A DNA stretch of 64,000 nt, filler included. It is 4 parts of 4 records of this genome, joined end to end, with 100 filler letters (N's around TTAATTAATTAA, not from the genome) between each part and the next. Parts side by side here need not be neighbours in the genome. Positions count along the whole stretch, not along the records: positions 8,828 to 33,407 come from SRR31156797_14829; positions 33,508 to 57,843 come from SRR31156797_14831; 2 more parts are not named here. The stretch is one strand, 5' to 3'. Under the pieces are notes generated by a model that did not search any database, had not been told where the DNA came from, and saw only the letters and a program-made list of their open reading frames with translations. Within the stretch, counting starts at the first letter, position 1. Every line of letters starts with the position of its first letter. A program made the translations under genes and the position numbers. Below, piece by piece: positions 27,981-39,897 of this stretch.

Positions 27981-29405
27981 CTATCTGCTCCCTACAACAA
28001 TTGCAGGAAACATTGCTTCCTCTTCGCCTGCCAAATACGGCTGGAACAAATTGTAGGAAACACTCTGTGTTCTTTGCGCATGTCCTCGTGTGTGCCTTTC
28101 TCCATCATAGTACGCGCCGTTTTCTAACAATATGTGCTCAATACGCTCTCGGAATCCTTCGATGAAGGCACCACCATCTCCCTTGAAACTCAAATTTCCC
28201 AGTCGAATAACTCGACGTTTGGAAAATTCTTCCAAACTCATTGAATGGACTTCAAGGTCCGCCTGAGTTCGAATATATCCCCAAACAAGAACATTATCGG
28301 GAATATCAATTGGCTCCTTGGCATCAATAATGGTGTGCGGCATGACAATGGTCCCGGCTCCCACGGTAATCCGGCTCCACTTCTCCCCATGCAGGAAGGA
28401 ATTAAAACCGACAAAAACTTTGTTCCCGAGTTTTGTGTAGGTAAGCTTGCCACCATGGGCGATGACATCGAGACCCTCAAGTTGAGAATCAATGATAAAA
28501 CAATTTTCCTGAGCATTGGACCCGTGGCCGAGCTTCGCGTTCTCAAGATATGCCCGCTGTGCGACCAACGAATTATCCCCTAGAAAACTCGAACCTTTAA
28601 CCACGGCATATCGACTCAAAAAGGCATTGTCCGGCACCGGCACGGGGCTTTCGAACGCCAAGGAATCGTACATCGGCAGGAAATCACTTCGGCGTCCTTT
28701 AAGGAAATCCGAAAAAAGCCCGGTTAACTGCCCTTCATCATCATAAGTCACGAACCGATCAATAATCGATGGGTCATGCGCATAGTCAAATTCGAATTCG
28801 CCCTGCTTCCGTATCCAGACGCGCCCGGACCGGATTGTCTTGCGCGAAAGGTCTCCAGCCTGAACATAGGCGAAATCCCCTAAAATACAGTTGTGCAAAA
28901 CGGAAAGATCAGCCGTGGAAAAAGCTCCGAGATACGCACCTTCCGTGGTTGTTCCATGGATATTGGAATAATGCATGGCCACGGTGTTGAGTATACGAAA
29001 ATACTCAGGAATTTCCGAATTTCGGGAATGATTATGTACCAACGTCTTGATAAGGAAACTGTTGACTACCTGAATAATTTCATCCTGATAGAGTTCAGTT
29101 TCCATACCGTTAAAACACGCGACCGCCCCTTTGGGCTTGAGTTCATCGCCGCGAATGTCGCTCATAAGAACAACAGAACGGTCGACTTCGCATTTTCCAA
29201 GAAAATACGTCCCCCCCAAATTACTTTCCTGAAAACGGAAGTACCAGGGATGATCAATAGAAAGGGCATAATAGGCGTAGTACTTGGTCAATTTATCAGT
29301 CCGAATGGACCGACGAACCGCGTTTTCTACATCCCGACCAATGGGTTTCAGATTAACATTCACCCGTGAGATGATATGATCGATCAATCGTGAGATGCTT
29401 TTCAT
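27981..29405 (-). CDS. Uncharacterised left-handed beta-helix (hexapeptide repeat, gamma-carbonic-anhydrase/acyltransferase-like) protein
   Basis: Isoleucine-patch repeats (LGDNSLVAQRA, LGNKVFVGFNSFL, VGAGTIVMPHTII), several His residues and an AGGAGAG RBS. Confidence 0.75.
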   Translation of the reverse strand: MKSISRLIDHIISRVNVNLKPIGRDVENAVRRSIRTDKLTKYYAYYALSIDHPWYFRFQESNLGGTYFLGKCEVDRSVVLMSDIRGDELKPKGAVACFNGMETELYQDEIIQVVNSFLIKTLVHNHSRNSEIPEYFRILNTVAMHYSNIHGTTTEGAYLGAFSTADLSVLHNCILGDFAYVQAGDLSRKTIRSGRVWIRKQGEFEFDYAHDPSIIDRFVTYDDEGQLTGLFSDFLKGRRSDFLPMYDSLAFESPVPVPDNAFLSRYAVVKGSSFLGDNSLVAQRAYLENAKLGHGSNAQENCFIIDSQLEGLDVIAHGGKLTYTKLGNKVFVGFNSFLHGEKWSRITVGAGTIVMPHTIIDAKEPIDIPDNVLVWGYIRTQADLEVHSMSLEEFSKRRVIRLGNLSFKGDGGAFIEGFRERIEHILLENGAYYDGERHTRGHAQRTQSVSYNLFQPYLAGEEEAMFPAIVVGSR

Positions 29406-29459
29406 AATTCTCTCCTTTCCCTGAACATTCGGGGGCGGCCCCGCGCTATTAAACGATTA

Positions 29460-31082
29460 TTACAACAGGTAATACACGGCAGCCAGACCTGTCAGGGACA
29501 TCGTAATGGTATACGGCAAAGCAAGGACAACCATGCGTCCGTACGACAGACGAATGACTGGTGCAAGTGCGCTTGTCAGCAGGAACAAAAATGCAGCCTG
29601 ACCGTTCGGTGTGGCGACAGACGGGATGTTCGTACCGGTATTGATGGCTACAGCCAACTTGTCGAAGTGCAGCATGATATCCCGCACCTGAGTGGCGGCA
29701 GCGGCAGGCAGACCGGCTATAACATCGGCTCTGACCAGACTTGCATCCGTCAACTTCTCCATCAAAGCCTGACCACTCATCCCGATACCGGGAACCGCGT
29801 TCAGCAGGTTGATGAAGTGCAACTTAGTTTCGGAGATATATACCGTTGCCACAAACACGTTATCCGAAATGGCGGAAAGCAGACCGTTCGCTCCATAGTA
29901 AGCCACTAACTGGCTCTGTCCCTTCATGCTCAAGACGTAGCCGAGGATAGGTGCAAACAAATGCTGCGAATGAATAACGCCGACAATGGCGAAAAACACA
30001 ACCAACAGGGCAGTGAAAGGCAAAGCTTCTTCAAAAGCCTGTCCCAGCTGACTTTCTTCAACAACACCTGTCATGGAAGTCAAAAGGACAATCACAGACA
30101 GACCAACCAGTCCAACCGCTGCCAAATGAAGTGCAAGCGCCGTAATGAGCCAAATACCGATTAAGGCCTGAATGACCAGCTTAACCTTACCGCGCTGTCC
30201 CTGTTCTGCTTCCATACGAATGGCGGTCTCCAGCAGGAACGAACGGATGTTACCCGGCAACTGTGCTCCGTAGCCAAACAGATGAAACTGTTCCACGGCA
30301 AGACAGGTCAGTAGTCCAGCCACAAGAACGGGCATGGACACAGGCATAACCTTGATAAAAAACGGAACAAAATGCCAACCCATCTCATGAGCAATCAAAA
30401 GGTTCTGAGGCTCACCCACCAACGTGCAGACACCGCCCAAAGCCGTACCAACTGCACCGTGCATCATCAAATTCCGCAAAAAGCCACGGAACTCCAACAG
30501 TTCTTCACGGTCCTTCTGCTTAACCGAATCATCGGAGATCAGATTATGGGAATCTCCGCTCCCCTTGCCGGAAGCAAAGCGATGGTAAACACTGTAAAAA
30601 CCATACGCCACAGCAATGATGACTGCGGTAACGGTCAGCGCATCCAAAAAAGCGGATAAAAAGGCTCCAGCCAGACAAAACAGCAAGGAGATGGCCTTTT
30701 TGGAACGCACCCTCACGAGAATTCGAGTGAAGGTGAACTGCAAAAAGTCCTTCATGAAGTGAATACCTGCGACCATGAAGATCAGCAGCAGGATGACCTC
30801 GAAGTTCTTGTGAGCCTCGTGATACACAACTTCTGCGGAAGTCAGTCCCATGGCAACGGCTTCGATAGCCAAAAGTCCACCAGCAGGCAGCGGGTAGCAT
30901 TTCAAGGCCATGGTCAGGGTGAAAATAAATTCTGCAATAAGCAACCAACCGGCCACAAATGGTCCGGCAGTGATCATGATAATCGGGTTGCAGACAAGGC
31001 AGGCAATGATGGTGAGCTTGTACCACACCGGGGCATTGCCGAGGAACATGTTGACGAAAGTCCGTGCTAAAGGCTGGGCCAT
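29460..31082 (-). CDS. nhaB: NhaB-family Na+/H+ antiporter with a C-terminal loop insertion
   Basis: [39 protein letters not shown] and [22 protein letters not shown] motifs. Confidence 0.95.
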   Translation of the reverse strand: MAQPLARTFVNMFLGNAPVWYKLTIIACLVCNPIIMITAGPFVAGWLLIAEFIFTLTMALKCYPLPAGGLLAIEAVAMGLTSAEVVYHEAHKNFEVILLLIFMVAGIHFMKDFLQFTFTRILVRVRSKKAISLLFCLAGAFLSAFLDALTVTAVIIAVAYGFYSVYHRFASGKGSGDSHNLISDDSVKQKDREELLEFRGFLRNLMMHGAVGTALGGVCTLVGEPQNLLIAHEMGWHFVPFFIKVMPVSMPVLVAGLLTCLAVEQFHLFGYGAQLPGNIRSFLLETAIRMEAEQGQRGKVKLVIQALIGIWLITALALHLAAVGLVGLSVIVLLTSMTGVVEESQLGQAFEEALPFTALLVVFFAIVGVIHSQHLFAPILGYVLSMKGQSQLVAYYGANGLLSAISDNVFVATVYISETKLHFINLLNAVPGIGMSGQALMEKLTDASLVRADVIAGLPAAAATQVRDIMLHFDKLAVAINTGTNIPSVATPNGQAAFLFLLTSALAPVIRLSYGRMVVLALPYTITMSLTGLAAVYYLL

Positions 31083-31182
31083 TTCATTCTCCAGTAACGC
31101 TGTAGATTATCCATACAGATCTGAAAAAAACAGGAAACTGTCACACGGGGCAGCGACCTTAGTCTTCAGATCGTCTCTAAAC

Positions 31183-31210
31183 AAAAGGGCCACATCCGTG
31201 GATGTGGCCC
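31183..31210 (-). terminator. Riboswitch expression-platform terminator
   Basis: On the minus strand: GGGCCACATC-CACG-GATGTGGCCC-TTTT, between the aptamer and the nhaB start. Confidence 0.88.
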
Positions 31211-31246
31211 ATGAAATTCAAACGCACCACCACCATGATTCACACG

Positions 31247-31295
31247 GCAGAAGTCATCAGCTCATCAAGCGGTTCAAGGGGAACCTCATCCCCTG
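31247..31295 (-). ncRNA. Fluoride riboswitch (crcB motif) aptamer
   Basis: The minus strand reads GGGGATGAGGTTCCCC-TTG-AACCGC-TTGATGA-GCTGATGACTTCTGC, matching the consensus GGCGAUGGAGUUCGCC..AACCGC..GCUGAUGACUCCU. Confidence 0.92.
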
Positions 31296-31467
31296 TGCGG
31301 ATTGTGGTCTAGGCCCATCATTCCCGAAAGTCAAGAAAGAGCCTCTCGATATTCCAGGGATTCTCCAACAAGAACCAATGATATCAGCCCCAAAATCCCC
31401 CCTCAAAGGGGGATAGACCATTCATAAAGTTGGTGTTAAAGGGATGCTCTTCAACTCCAAAGGAGAG

Positions 31468-31671
31468 ATGATGTTCGGACTATTTTCACGGAACTACAAA
31501 AAAGCCGCAATGACCTTCCTCAGGCAACATACGGTCGGCCAAAGAGTATATTCTGTCGGTGATGGTGGAGCGAAAATGCGCTACCTGCGCGAATGTGGAC
31601 ACGTCGTCTCAGACAGGGTGTCAGACACTCGCTGGGTACACAAAATAGTCAGTAAACCCAAAATCACCTAA
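31468..31671 (+). CDS. Small basic hypothetical protein
   Basis: AGGAGAG RBS, 67 aa, followed by its own terminator (AAGAAGGCCTGC...GCAGGCCTTCTTTTT, about 31682-31715). Confidence 0.65.
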   Translation: MMFGLFSRNYKKAAMTFLRQHTVGQRVYSVGDGGAKMRYLRECGHVVSDRVSDTRWVHKIVSKPKIT

Positions 31672-31997
31672 ACATATCCTCAAGAAGGCCTGCTATTAAA
31701 GCAGGCCTTCTTTTTCCTTTACCATTGAATATGGTCTCGAAAACATCACAACAATAAACTCACCTTCATTGATCGTGGATGATTGGAGTTTCTTTCTTCT
31801 TCAATGCATTTCTTCCACTTTGTACAATACCTCAATGCAATACCACGCAAAAATATGTGGATATACTTTCTTTTCTTTTACACATCAAATAACTATTACT
31901 AAACATCCTTTATTTATAACAATTTCTATTTACAGACCAGCCTTCCGTACGTCACGCTTTCCTTCCTGTATAACCTGAAACTGTACTCGGAGGTTTT

Positions 31998-33407
31998 ATG
32001 CTTAACAATTTAAAACTCGGTATCAAACTCAGCTTAGGATTCGGACTCGTCCTGCTTTTAACAGCGTTGGTCGCCGTCATCGGAATCAATGGAATGCAGA
32101 ACGTACAGGATCGCGTTGACAAGGCGGATGATGTTAATCGACTTGTTCGTTTCATGCTTGAAACTCGCATTCAAGAAAAAAACTTCATGCTCAACCAAAC
32201 TGCAGAAGCGGTCGAAAAACACGCCGATACTCTTAAAAAAATCGTAGCTCAAACACAAACAACAAGTGCAAAATTCTCTCATCAAATCAACAAGAATCAA
32301 ATGGCACAGGTCATCAAAGGCGGTGAGAAATATGGAAAGGCGTTTGCGACATATTTAAAACTTGAAGAAAATAAAACCATAGCCATAAAGGAAATGGGAG
32401 CTGCGGTTCAAACAGTTTTTAACGAGACCGATGAACTACGTATTGAACAACAAAAACAGCTTGCTCAACTTATCAACACAGGTACCACATCTCCTGCAGT
32501 TCTTGAAGACAAGCTCATAAAGACAAATCAAGCCAATTCAATAATTAGAAGTTTTTATGACGCTCGCATGAGCGCTAAGGACTTCCTCACCAGCCGTAGT
32601 GACACAGACCTAAAACAATGCAATGACACCTTAAAATTGATCCTTGAAGAAATTGCGGCACTCAAGACTCGCTTCAAGGACCGCAACAATATTCGTCAAA
32701 TCGGCGAAGTCGAAGACGCCTTACAGGTTTATCTCAAAGGACTCGACGTTGTAGCAACATACATTAAACAGCAAGGACAAGCTGAAAAAGACATGATCTC
32801 CGCCGCCCGTAACGCGGATGAAATCTGCCGAGCAGCTCGTGCTGATCAAAAAGCAAAAATGCTCGACGATATCCACAGTGCGAACATCACGAGCATCATT
32901 ACTGCAGCAACTGCACTCATCCTCGGCATTCTGGCTGCCTTCTTCCTTACTAAAGCCATCACAAAGCCCATATCCATGGGTGTCAGCTTTGCAAAAAACA
33001 TGTCCGAAGGAGACTTTACAAATACACTGGACATAAACCAGAAAGACGAAGTTGGCATGTTGGCAAAAGCCTTGAATGACATGGTCACTAAACTGCGGGC
33101 TGTCGTTGCGGACGTTGAAATCGCTACCAACAATGTCGCTACGGGGAGCGAAGAATTGTCTGCATCTTCAGAGACTCTTTCACAAGGAGCGACTGAACAG
33201 GCTGCCTCAATTGAAGAAGTCTCTTCTTCCATGGAACAAATGGCTTCCAACATCAGCCAAAATGCAGAAAATGCCACGGAAACAGAAACCCTTGCAACCA
33301 AGGCAGCCGCTGATGCCAAGGAAAGCGGTTCCGCAGTCAATCAAACTGTTAATGCAATGAAAAGCATTGCTGAAAAGATTTCCATCATTGAGGAAATCGC
33401 CCGCCAG
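31998..33407 (+). CDS. Methyl-accepting chemotaxis protein, truncated by contig end
   Basis: Two TM helices, a helical periplasmic domain, HAMP, and QAASIEEVSSSMEQ...IEEIARQ. Confidence 0.93.
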
Positions 33408-33507
33408 NNNNNNNNNNNNNNNNNNNNNNNNNNNNNNNNNNNNNNNNNNNNTTAATTAATTAANNNNNNNNNNNNNNNNNNNNNNNNNNNNNNNNNNNNN
33501 NNNNNNN
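33408..33507. other. Artificial contig linker
   Basis: N44-TTAATTAATTAA-N44. Confidence 0.99.
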
Positions 33508-33870
33508 GAAGAATTTGGTGAACATACAAAACCTCCTTTATTTCATAATGGATATTTCTATGCTCAATACTCTACAAATGAACGTCGCGACGGCCTGGTT
33601 TGTATGAATGAAGACGGCGAAATTATGTGGAACACAAAAAGAGATCCTAATTTTGATAAAGGAAGTATGATTCTGGTAGATGGGCTGATTCTTGCTACCG
33701 ACGGTGCCAAAATGCTTTATTTAATTGAACCCGATCCAACAGGATTCAAACCTTTGGCATCAGCCGAGCTTCTCGGAACAGGACAAAACTGGGCACCAAT
33801 AGCATTGTCAAACGGAAAACTGTTAATCCGCGACCAAAATAAAATGATGTGTGTTAAAGTGGCAGAATAA
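33508..33870 (+). CDS. PQQ-type (BamB-like) beta-propeller protein, C-terminal part
   Basis: The frame is open from the contig start (EEFGEHTKPP...) and is paralogous to 34036-35427. Confidence 0.85.
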   Translation, partial: EEFGEHTKPPLFHNGYFYAQYSTNERRDGLVCMNEDGEIMWNTKRDPNFDKGSMILVDGLILATDGAKMLYLIEPDPTGFKPLASAELLGTGQNWAPIALSNGKLLIRDQNKMMCVKVAE

Positions 33871-33917
33871 TGTATGTTTTGAATATCTGCTCATAAGTTT
33901 TACAAAATATTATTATA

Positions 33918-33970
33918 AGAAAAAGGTGTTTAAACAATTAAACATCTTTTTCTTTTTGGTGTTCATCGCA
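33918..33970 (+). repeat. Terminator-containing intergenic repeat, copy 1
   Basis: AAAAAGGTGTTTAAACAATTAAACATCTTTTT...TGTTCATCGCA, with a second copy at 35472-35523. Confidence 0.85.
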
Positions 33971-34035
33971 GAAAATTGATTTTTAATTTCTATTCAATTA
34001 AATTTATAGTTGAAGTTCTAACTAAAAAAACCGCA

Positions 34036-35427
34036 ATGAATAAAATTAAAACATTTCCTCTGCTTTTTGTCTTTCTTTTCAGTTTGACAAATGCTTTCTC
34101 ACAAGATTGGCCTCAGTTTTTAGGGCCTGAAAGAAACAGCAATTCTCCTCAAAAGAATATTTTACGCTCATGGCCCGAAAGTGGTCCTGAAATACTTTGG
34201 GATGTAAATGTAGGTATCGGTTACGGTGGACCGGTTGTAAAAGATGGCAAAGTTTATATACTTGACCGTGACGATGAAGTTGGAGACAAAATGCGTTGTT
34301 TCGATCTGAATACCGGTGATGAACTCTGGAATTTTGAATACGATGCAGCCGGTTCGGTAATGTTCCCCGGATCGAGGAGTGTACCAGCTGTTGATGATAA
34401 ATTTGTATATTCCTGCGGACCTTACGGAGATTTGTATTGTATTGATATTAACACACACCAGCCAATTTGGAATGTAAATATATGGACCGACTTTGGAGGA
34501 GATCCGGGAAATCCTCCTGCCGATGAACAGGATGAAGAACAAAGCGGACCGGGTGGATTTGGCGGAAACGGTAATTTCCCGATTTGGGCAATTTCTCAAA
34601 ATCCACTGATTTATGGCGATTTGCTGGTTGTTGCCTCGCAGGCACCCGAAGCCGGAGTGGTTGCTTATAATAAAAACACAGGAGAACTGGCATGGAAAAC
34701 ACCCAACCTGGGTAACGAAAATTATGTGAGTCCTGTGGTTATTAAAATAGAAGGTGAAGACCACATTGTAATGGTAATTTCATCCACAAATCCTTTCGGA
34801 CGTTCAGAGTTAGACAAATCCATGGGAAGCATTGTTGGAATCAAACCTTCAACCGGAGAAATACTATGGAAATTTGAAAACTGGGAATGCCATATCACTG
34901 TTCCAAGCGCCGTTGATGCCGGTAATAACAAAGTTCTTGCTACCGGAGGATATGAACGGGGTGCAACAATGATTCAGGTTGAAAAACTTTCGGATGGAAC
35001 ATTTAAAACAACCGAACTTTTTACCACCGAAGAATTTGGGGATCAAACAAAACCGCCAATTTTAATCGATGGATATTTTTATGCGCAGTATGGTACCAAC
35101 AACCGTCGCGACGGACTCACCTGTATGAATATGGACGGAGAAATTATGTGGAACACAAAACGCGATCCTGATTTTAATAAAGGAAGTATGATTTATGCCG
35201 ATGGTTTAATTCTGGCAACCGACGGAGCCAAATCACTTTATCTGATTGAACCCGATCCAACCGGATTCAAACCAATCGCATCGTCAGAACTGCTGGCAGA
35301 ACCACCCGCAGGTGAAGGTATGGCTGCCCGTTTTGGAACGCAAAACTGGGCTCCTATTGCACTTGCCGACGGTAAACTTTTAGTTCGCGATCAAAGTCGA
35401 ATGTTATGTATTAAGGTTACTCATTAG
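34036..35427 (+). CDS. PQQ-type (BamB-like) beta-propeller exported protein
   Basis: Signal peptide, DWPQFLGP, repeated TG..LW blades and NWAPIALADGKL. Confidence 0.88.
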   Translation: MNKIKTFPLLFVFLFSLTNAFSQDWPQFLGPERNSNSPQKNILRSWPESGPEILWDVNVGIGYGGPVVKDGKVYILDRDDEVGDKMRCFDLNTGDELWNFEYDAAGSVMFPGSRSVPAVDDKFVYSCGPYGDLYCIDINTHQPIWNVNIWTDFGGDPGNPPADEQDEEQSGPGGFGGNGNFPIWAISQNPLIYGDLLVVASQAPEAGVVAYNKNTGELAWKTPNLGNENYVSPVVIKIEGEDHIVMVISSTNPFGRSELDKSMGSIVGIKPSTGEILWKFENWECHITVPSAVDAGNNKVLATGGYERGATMIQVEKLSDGTFKTTELFTTEEFGDQTKPPILIDGYFYAQYGTNNRRDGLTCMNMDGEIMWNTKRDPDFNKGSMIYADGLILATDGAKSLYLIEPDPTGFKPIASSELLAEPPAGEGMAARFGTQNWAPIALADGKLLVRDQSRMLCIKVTH

Positions 35428-35471
35428 TCTACTAGTGGAATAATATTGTTTAGTATTATTCCTTTCAAAAC

Positions 35472-35523
35472 AAAAGAGGTGTTTAAACAATTAAACATCT
35501 CTTTTTATTTGCTGTTCATCGCA
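35472..35523 (+). repeat. Terminator-containing intergenic repeat, copy 2
   Basis: AAAAGAGGTGTTTAAACAATTAAACATCTCTTTT...TGTTCATCGCA. Confidence 0.85.
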
Positions 35524-35645
35524 ACAATTTGTCGGTTTACTTTACCTGAGCTATGTTTGTACTACAACATTTAATAAAATATTAAATTCAAATATGTTGA
35601 TTTTTTTTAAATACCATTTAACCTGAAAATATTAAAACAATTTAT

Positions 35646-37850
35646 ATGAATACAATGTATAAAACAATCTATTTATTCTCCCTGCTATTTTTTTCTTTTT
35701 CACTTTTCGGACAGGAAACCGATCAGCGTATTTCAGTTAAGTACATTTCAGAAAGTATTAAACTGGATGGAGTAATGGATGAAGCAGCTTGGCAAACAGC
35801 TGATAAGAGAGGAAATTTCTGGCAGTTTTTCCCAACCGATTCAATGCGGGCACAATATCCCACTGAGTTCAGTTTACTATACGACGATCATAACATTTAT
35901 GTCGGAATCCGTGCAAAAGCGGCTTCCGACGAATATGTGGTTTCTTCTCTTCGTCGCGATTTCAGGGGAACTACAAGCGATAATGTTTCGTTAATGTTTG
36001 ACACATTTAAAGATGGGAATACTGCTTTTATGTTTGGAATGACTCCGTATGGTGTACAACGCGAAGCCTTTATTTCCAACGGAGGCTCACGCGAAGGATT
36101 TAATCCCAACTGGGATCAGAAATGGCAGCTTGAAAGTAAAATTTACGAAGATTATTATATCCTGGAAGCTGCTATTCCGTTAACATCCATCAAATTCAAC
36201 GAAGGAGAAACCGAATGGAGAGTACAATGTTATCGCTGGGATATAGGGGCAAACGAACAAAGTGCATGGGCACACGTTCCACAAAATCAACTTCTATCGA
36301 GCCTGGCATTTATGGGTACAATGGAATTTGAAAAACCTTTGGGAAAATCACGCACCCCTTTTGCCATTATTCCTTATATGAATGCACTTACATCAAAAGA
36401 TTTTAATACAGGATTAACCGACAGTAAACTAAAATTTGGTGGCGATGCAAAATTATCTATTGGAAACAGTATGAACCTGGATATAACCGTTAATCCTGAT
36501 TTTTCGAATGTTGAAGTAGATGCCATATTTACAAACCTTACCCGATTTGAGGTTTTTCTCCCCGAAAGAAGGCAGTTTTTTATCGATAACAGCGACCTTT
36601 TTGGAAGCTTTGGAAGTGCACGCGATGCAAGTCCGTTTTTTTCAAGAAGAATTGGTTTGGCACGAAACAATGAAGGCAATTTAATTGAAAACAGAATACT
36701 TGGCGGTGTCAGGCTAAGTGGAAAATTAAACGACGACTGGCGACTTGGAGTTCTGAATGTGCAAACAGCTGAAGATATAAATAACGGTATAGCATCGAAC
36801 AACAACATGATGTTTGCCCTGCAAAGAATGGTTTTCGCACGTTCGAATGTGGGTATTTTTATGGTTAACCGACAAGCATTTAAAGATTACGATTTTCTGG
36901 AAAGTGCAAACGAATACAATCGTGTATTTGGTATTGACTATAACCTGGCTTCGGCAAACGACAATTGGAACGGAAAATTCTTCCTACACAAATCTTTTCA
37001 GCCCGGCGATAATAAAGGCAATTTATCTTCGCAAGCTTACATTATTTACAACACCAGAAAATGGCGGTTATCAAGCGATTTAGTATATGTAGATCAGGAT
37101 TTCACATCCGACCTGGGTTTTATTCCAAGAAAAGACATATTCAAAATTGGCCAGTCTGTGGCACGCACTTTCTATCCAACAAGTGGAATTATAAATACCA
37201 ATAGTTTTCGTTTGCTTTCGCTAAGGTGGTTACGTCCAAGTATGGATTTAAAACAAACCGATACCCGTTACCAGCTTACCTGGACAGCCGAGTTTAAAAA
37301 TCAATCGGAACTTGAGGTTGGATTAACAAACAGTTATGTATATCTGCTAAGTGATTTCGATCCTACCCGTACTCCGGGCGGAGTTCCTTTGCAGGGAAAC
37401 AAAGGTTATACATATAATCAGGTTGAAGCAAGTTATCAGTCAAATCTGGCTAACTTATTTACATACAACCTGGAAACCACTGCCGGACAATTTTACAACG
37501 GAAATATCTTTTCCGCAGGCGGAGAAATTGCTTACCGTGTTCAACCCTGGGCATCGTTTAGTGTATCTGTAAATTACGATGGAATTCGTTTACCCGAGCC
37601 ACATTCAAATGCTGATTTATGGTTAATTAGCCCTGAAGCAGATATTACTTTTAGCAAATCGTTATTTTGGTCTACTTTGGTTCAATACAGTAATCAACGA
37701 AAAAATTTAGGTATTAATTCACGCCTGCAATGGCGCTTTGCTCCACTTTCCGATTTACACCTGGTGTATAACGACAATTATTTTACCGAAGATTTTGCTC
37801 CGCGATTTCGCTCAATTAACCTGAAACTGACGTATTGGTTAAATATATAA
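35646..37850 (+). CDS. CBM9-like plus DUF5916 outer-membrane protein
   Basis: IKLDGVMDEAAW, NPDFSNVEVD, PERRQFF and FFSRRIG motifs, and a barrel-type C-terminus (KLTYWLNI). Confidence 0.85.
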   Translation: MNTMYKTIYLFSLLFFSFSLFGQETDQRISVKYISESIKLDGVMDEAAWQTADKRGNFWQFFPTDSMRAQYPTEFSLLYDDHNIYVGIRAKAASDEYVVSSLRRDFRGTTSDNVSLMFDTFKDGNTAFMFGMTPYGVQREAFISNGGSREGFNPNWDQKWQLESKIYEDYYILEAAIPLTSIKFNEGETEWRVQCYRWDIGANEQSAWAHVPQNQLLSSLAFMGTMEFEKPLGKSRTPFAIIPYMNALTSKDFNTGLTDSKLKFGGDAKLSIGNSMNLDITVNPDFSNVEVDAIFTNLTRFEVFLPERRQFFIDNSDLFGSFGSARDASPFFSRRIGLARNNEGNLIENRILGGVRLSGKLNDDWRLGVLNVQTAEDINNGIASNNNMMFALQRMVFARSNVGIFMVNRQAFKDYDFLESANEYNRVFGIDYNLASANDNWNGKFFLHKSFQPGDNKGNLSSQAYIIYNTRKWRLSSDLVYVDQDFTSDLGFIPRKDIFKIGQSVARTFYPTSGIINTNSFRLLSLRWLRPSMDLKQTDTRYQLTWTAEFKNQSELEVGLTNSYVYLLSDFDPTRTPGGVPLQGNKGYTYNQVEASYQSNLANLFTYNLETTAGQFYNGNIFSAGGEIAYRVQPWASFSVSVNYDGIRLPEPHSNADLWLISPEADITFSKSLFWSTLVQYSNQRKNLGINSRLQWRFAPLSDLHLVYNDNYFTEDFAPRFRSINLKLTYWLNI

Positions 37851-37991
37851 TATATGTTTTTCTAAACATTTTATATTAAATTTATTGACACAAAACATTA
37901 TTCAAACAAATGGCTTTCAGACCACTATTCAAAAAATGTTTTTGCCGTAAACGAAATAAACAGGTCAGTTTATAAAATCATATTTGAATAA

Positions 37992-39209
<1,218 letters not shown>

Positions 39210-39355
39210 TAAGTAACATTGATATAATATATTAATAATCTACCAGGTGACGATAAATCATAATAAATAGTCACCTGCAGAATATAGTTTTAGGTTGTAA
39301 AAAAAAGAGCTCAACATAAACTGCATGAGATTGTTAAAGAAATAAAAGTATCAAT

Positions 39356-39832
39356 ATGAAATCACAAAATTCAAAAAAGATGAAAACAACAATTCTCGGA
39401 CTATTTATAATTCTTTTAAGTGCGCAATGGTCTTTCGCACAAAATTCAGCAACAGAGCAGGAAATAATTGATCTCTCGAAAAATAAATGGCAATTGATGG
39501 CCGATAAAAATGTTGAAGAACTAAAATCACTCTTCCACGACGATTCAAGATTTATTCATATGAGTGGAACCTGGGGAAAAGAAAGAGAACTGGAAATTAT
39601 TGAATCAGGAAGTATTTGGTACAAACAGGCCGATGTGCACGATATAGTAGTTAAAATTTTTGACGACACAGCCATACTTTGGAACCGCATTACACTAATT
39701 GCACATGTTCGCGGAAACGATGTATCGAATGAATTTACAGTTACTGAAGTCTATCAAAAAAAGAATAACAGCTGGAAATTACTGGACCTTACTTTTAGCA
39801 GCGTACGCGATACACATGAATTAGAGCATTAA
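39356..39832 (+). CDS. NTF2-like (DUF4440) exported protein
   Basis: Signal peptide, LFHDDSRFIHMSG and VTEVY...WKL. Confidence 0.8.
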   Translation: MKSQNSKKMKTTILGLFIILLSAQWSFAQNSATEQEIIDLSKNKWQLMADKNVEELKSLFHDDSRFIHMSGTWGKERELEIIESGSIWYKQADVHDIVVKIFDDTAILWNRITLIAHVRGNDVSNEFTVTEVYQKKNNSWKLLDLTFSSVRDTHELEH

Positions 39833-39858
39833 GAAATAAAGATTCTTCACAGTTTTAA

Positions 39859-39897
39859 GGATGCCATCCGTCAGTTGACGGATGGCATCTTTTTTTT
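39859..39897 (+). terminator. Rho-independent terminator
   Basis: GATGCCATCCGTCA-GT-TGACGGATGGCATC followed by a poly-T tract. Confidence 0.88.
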
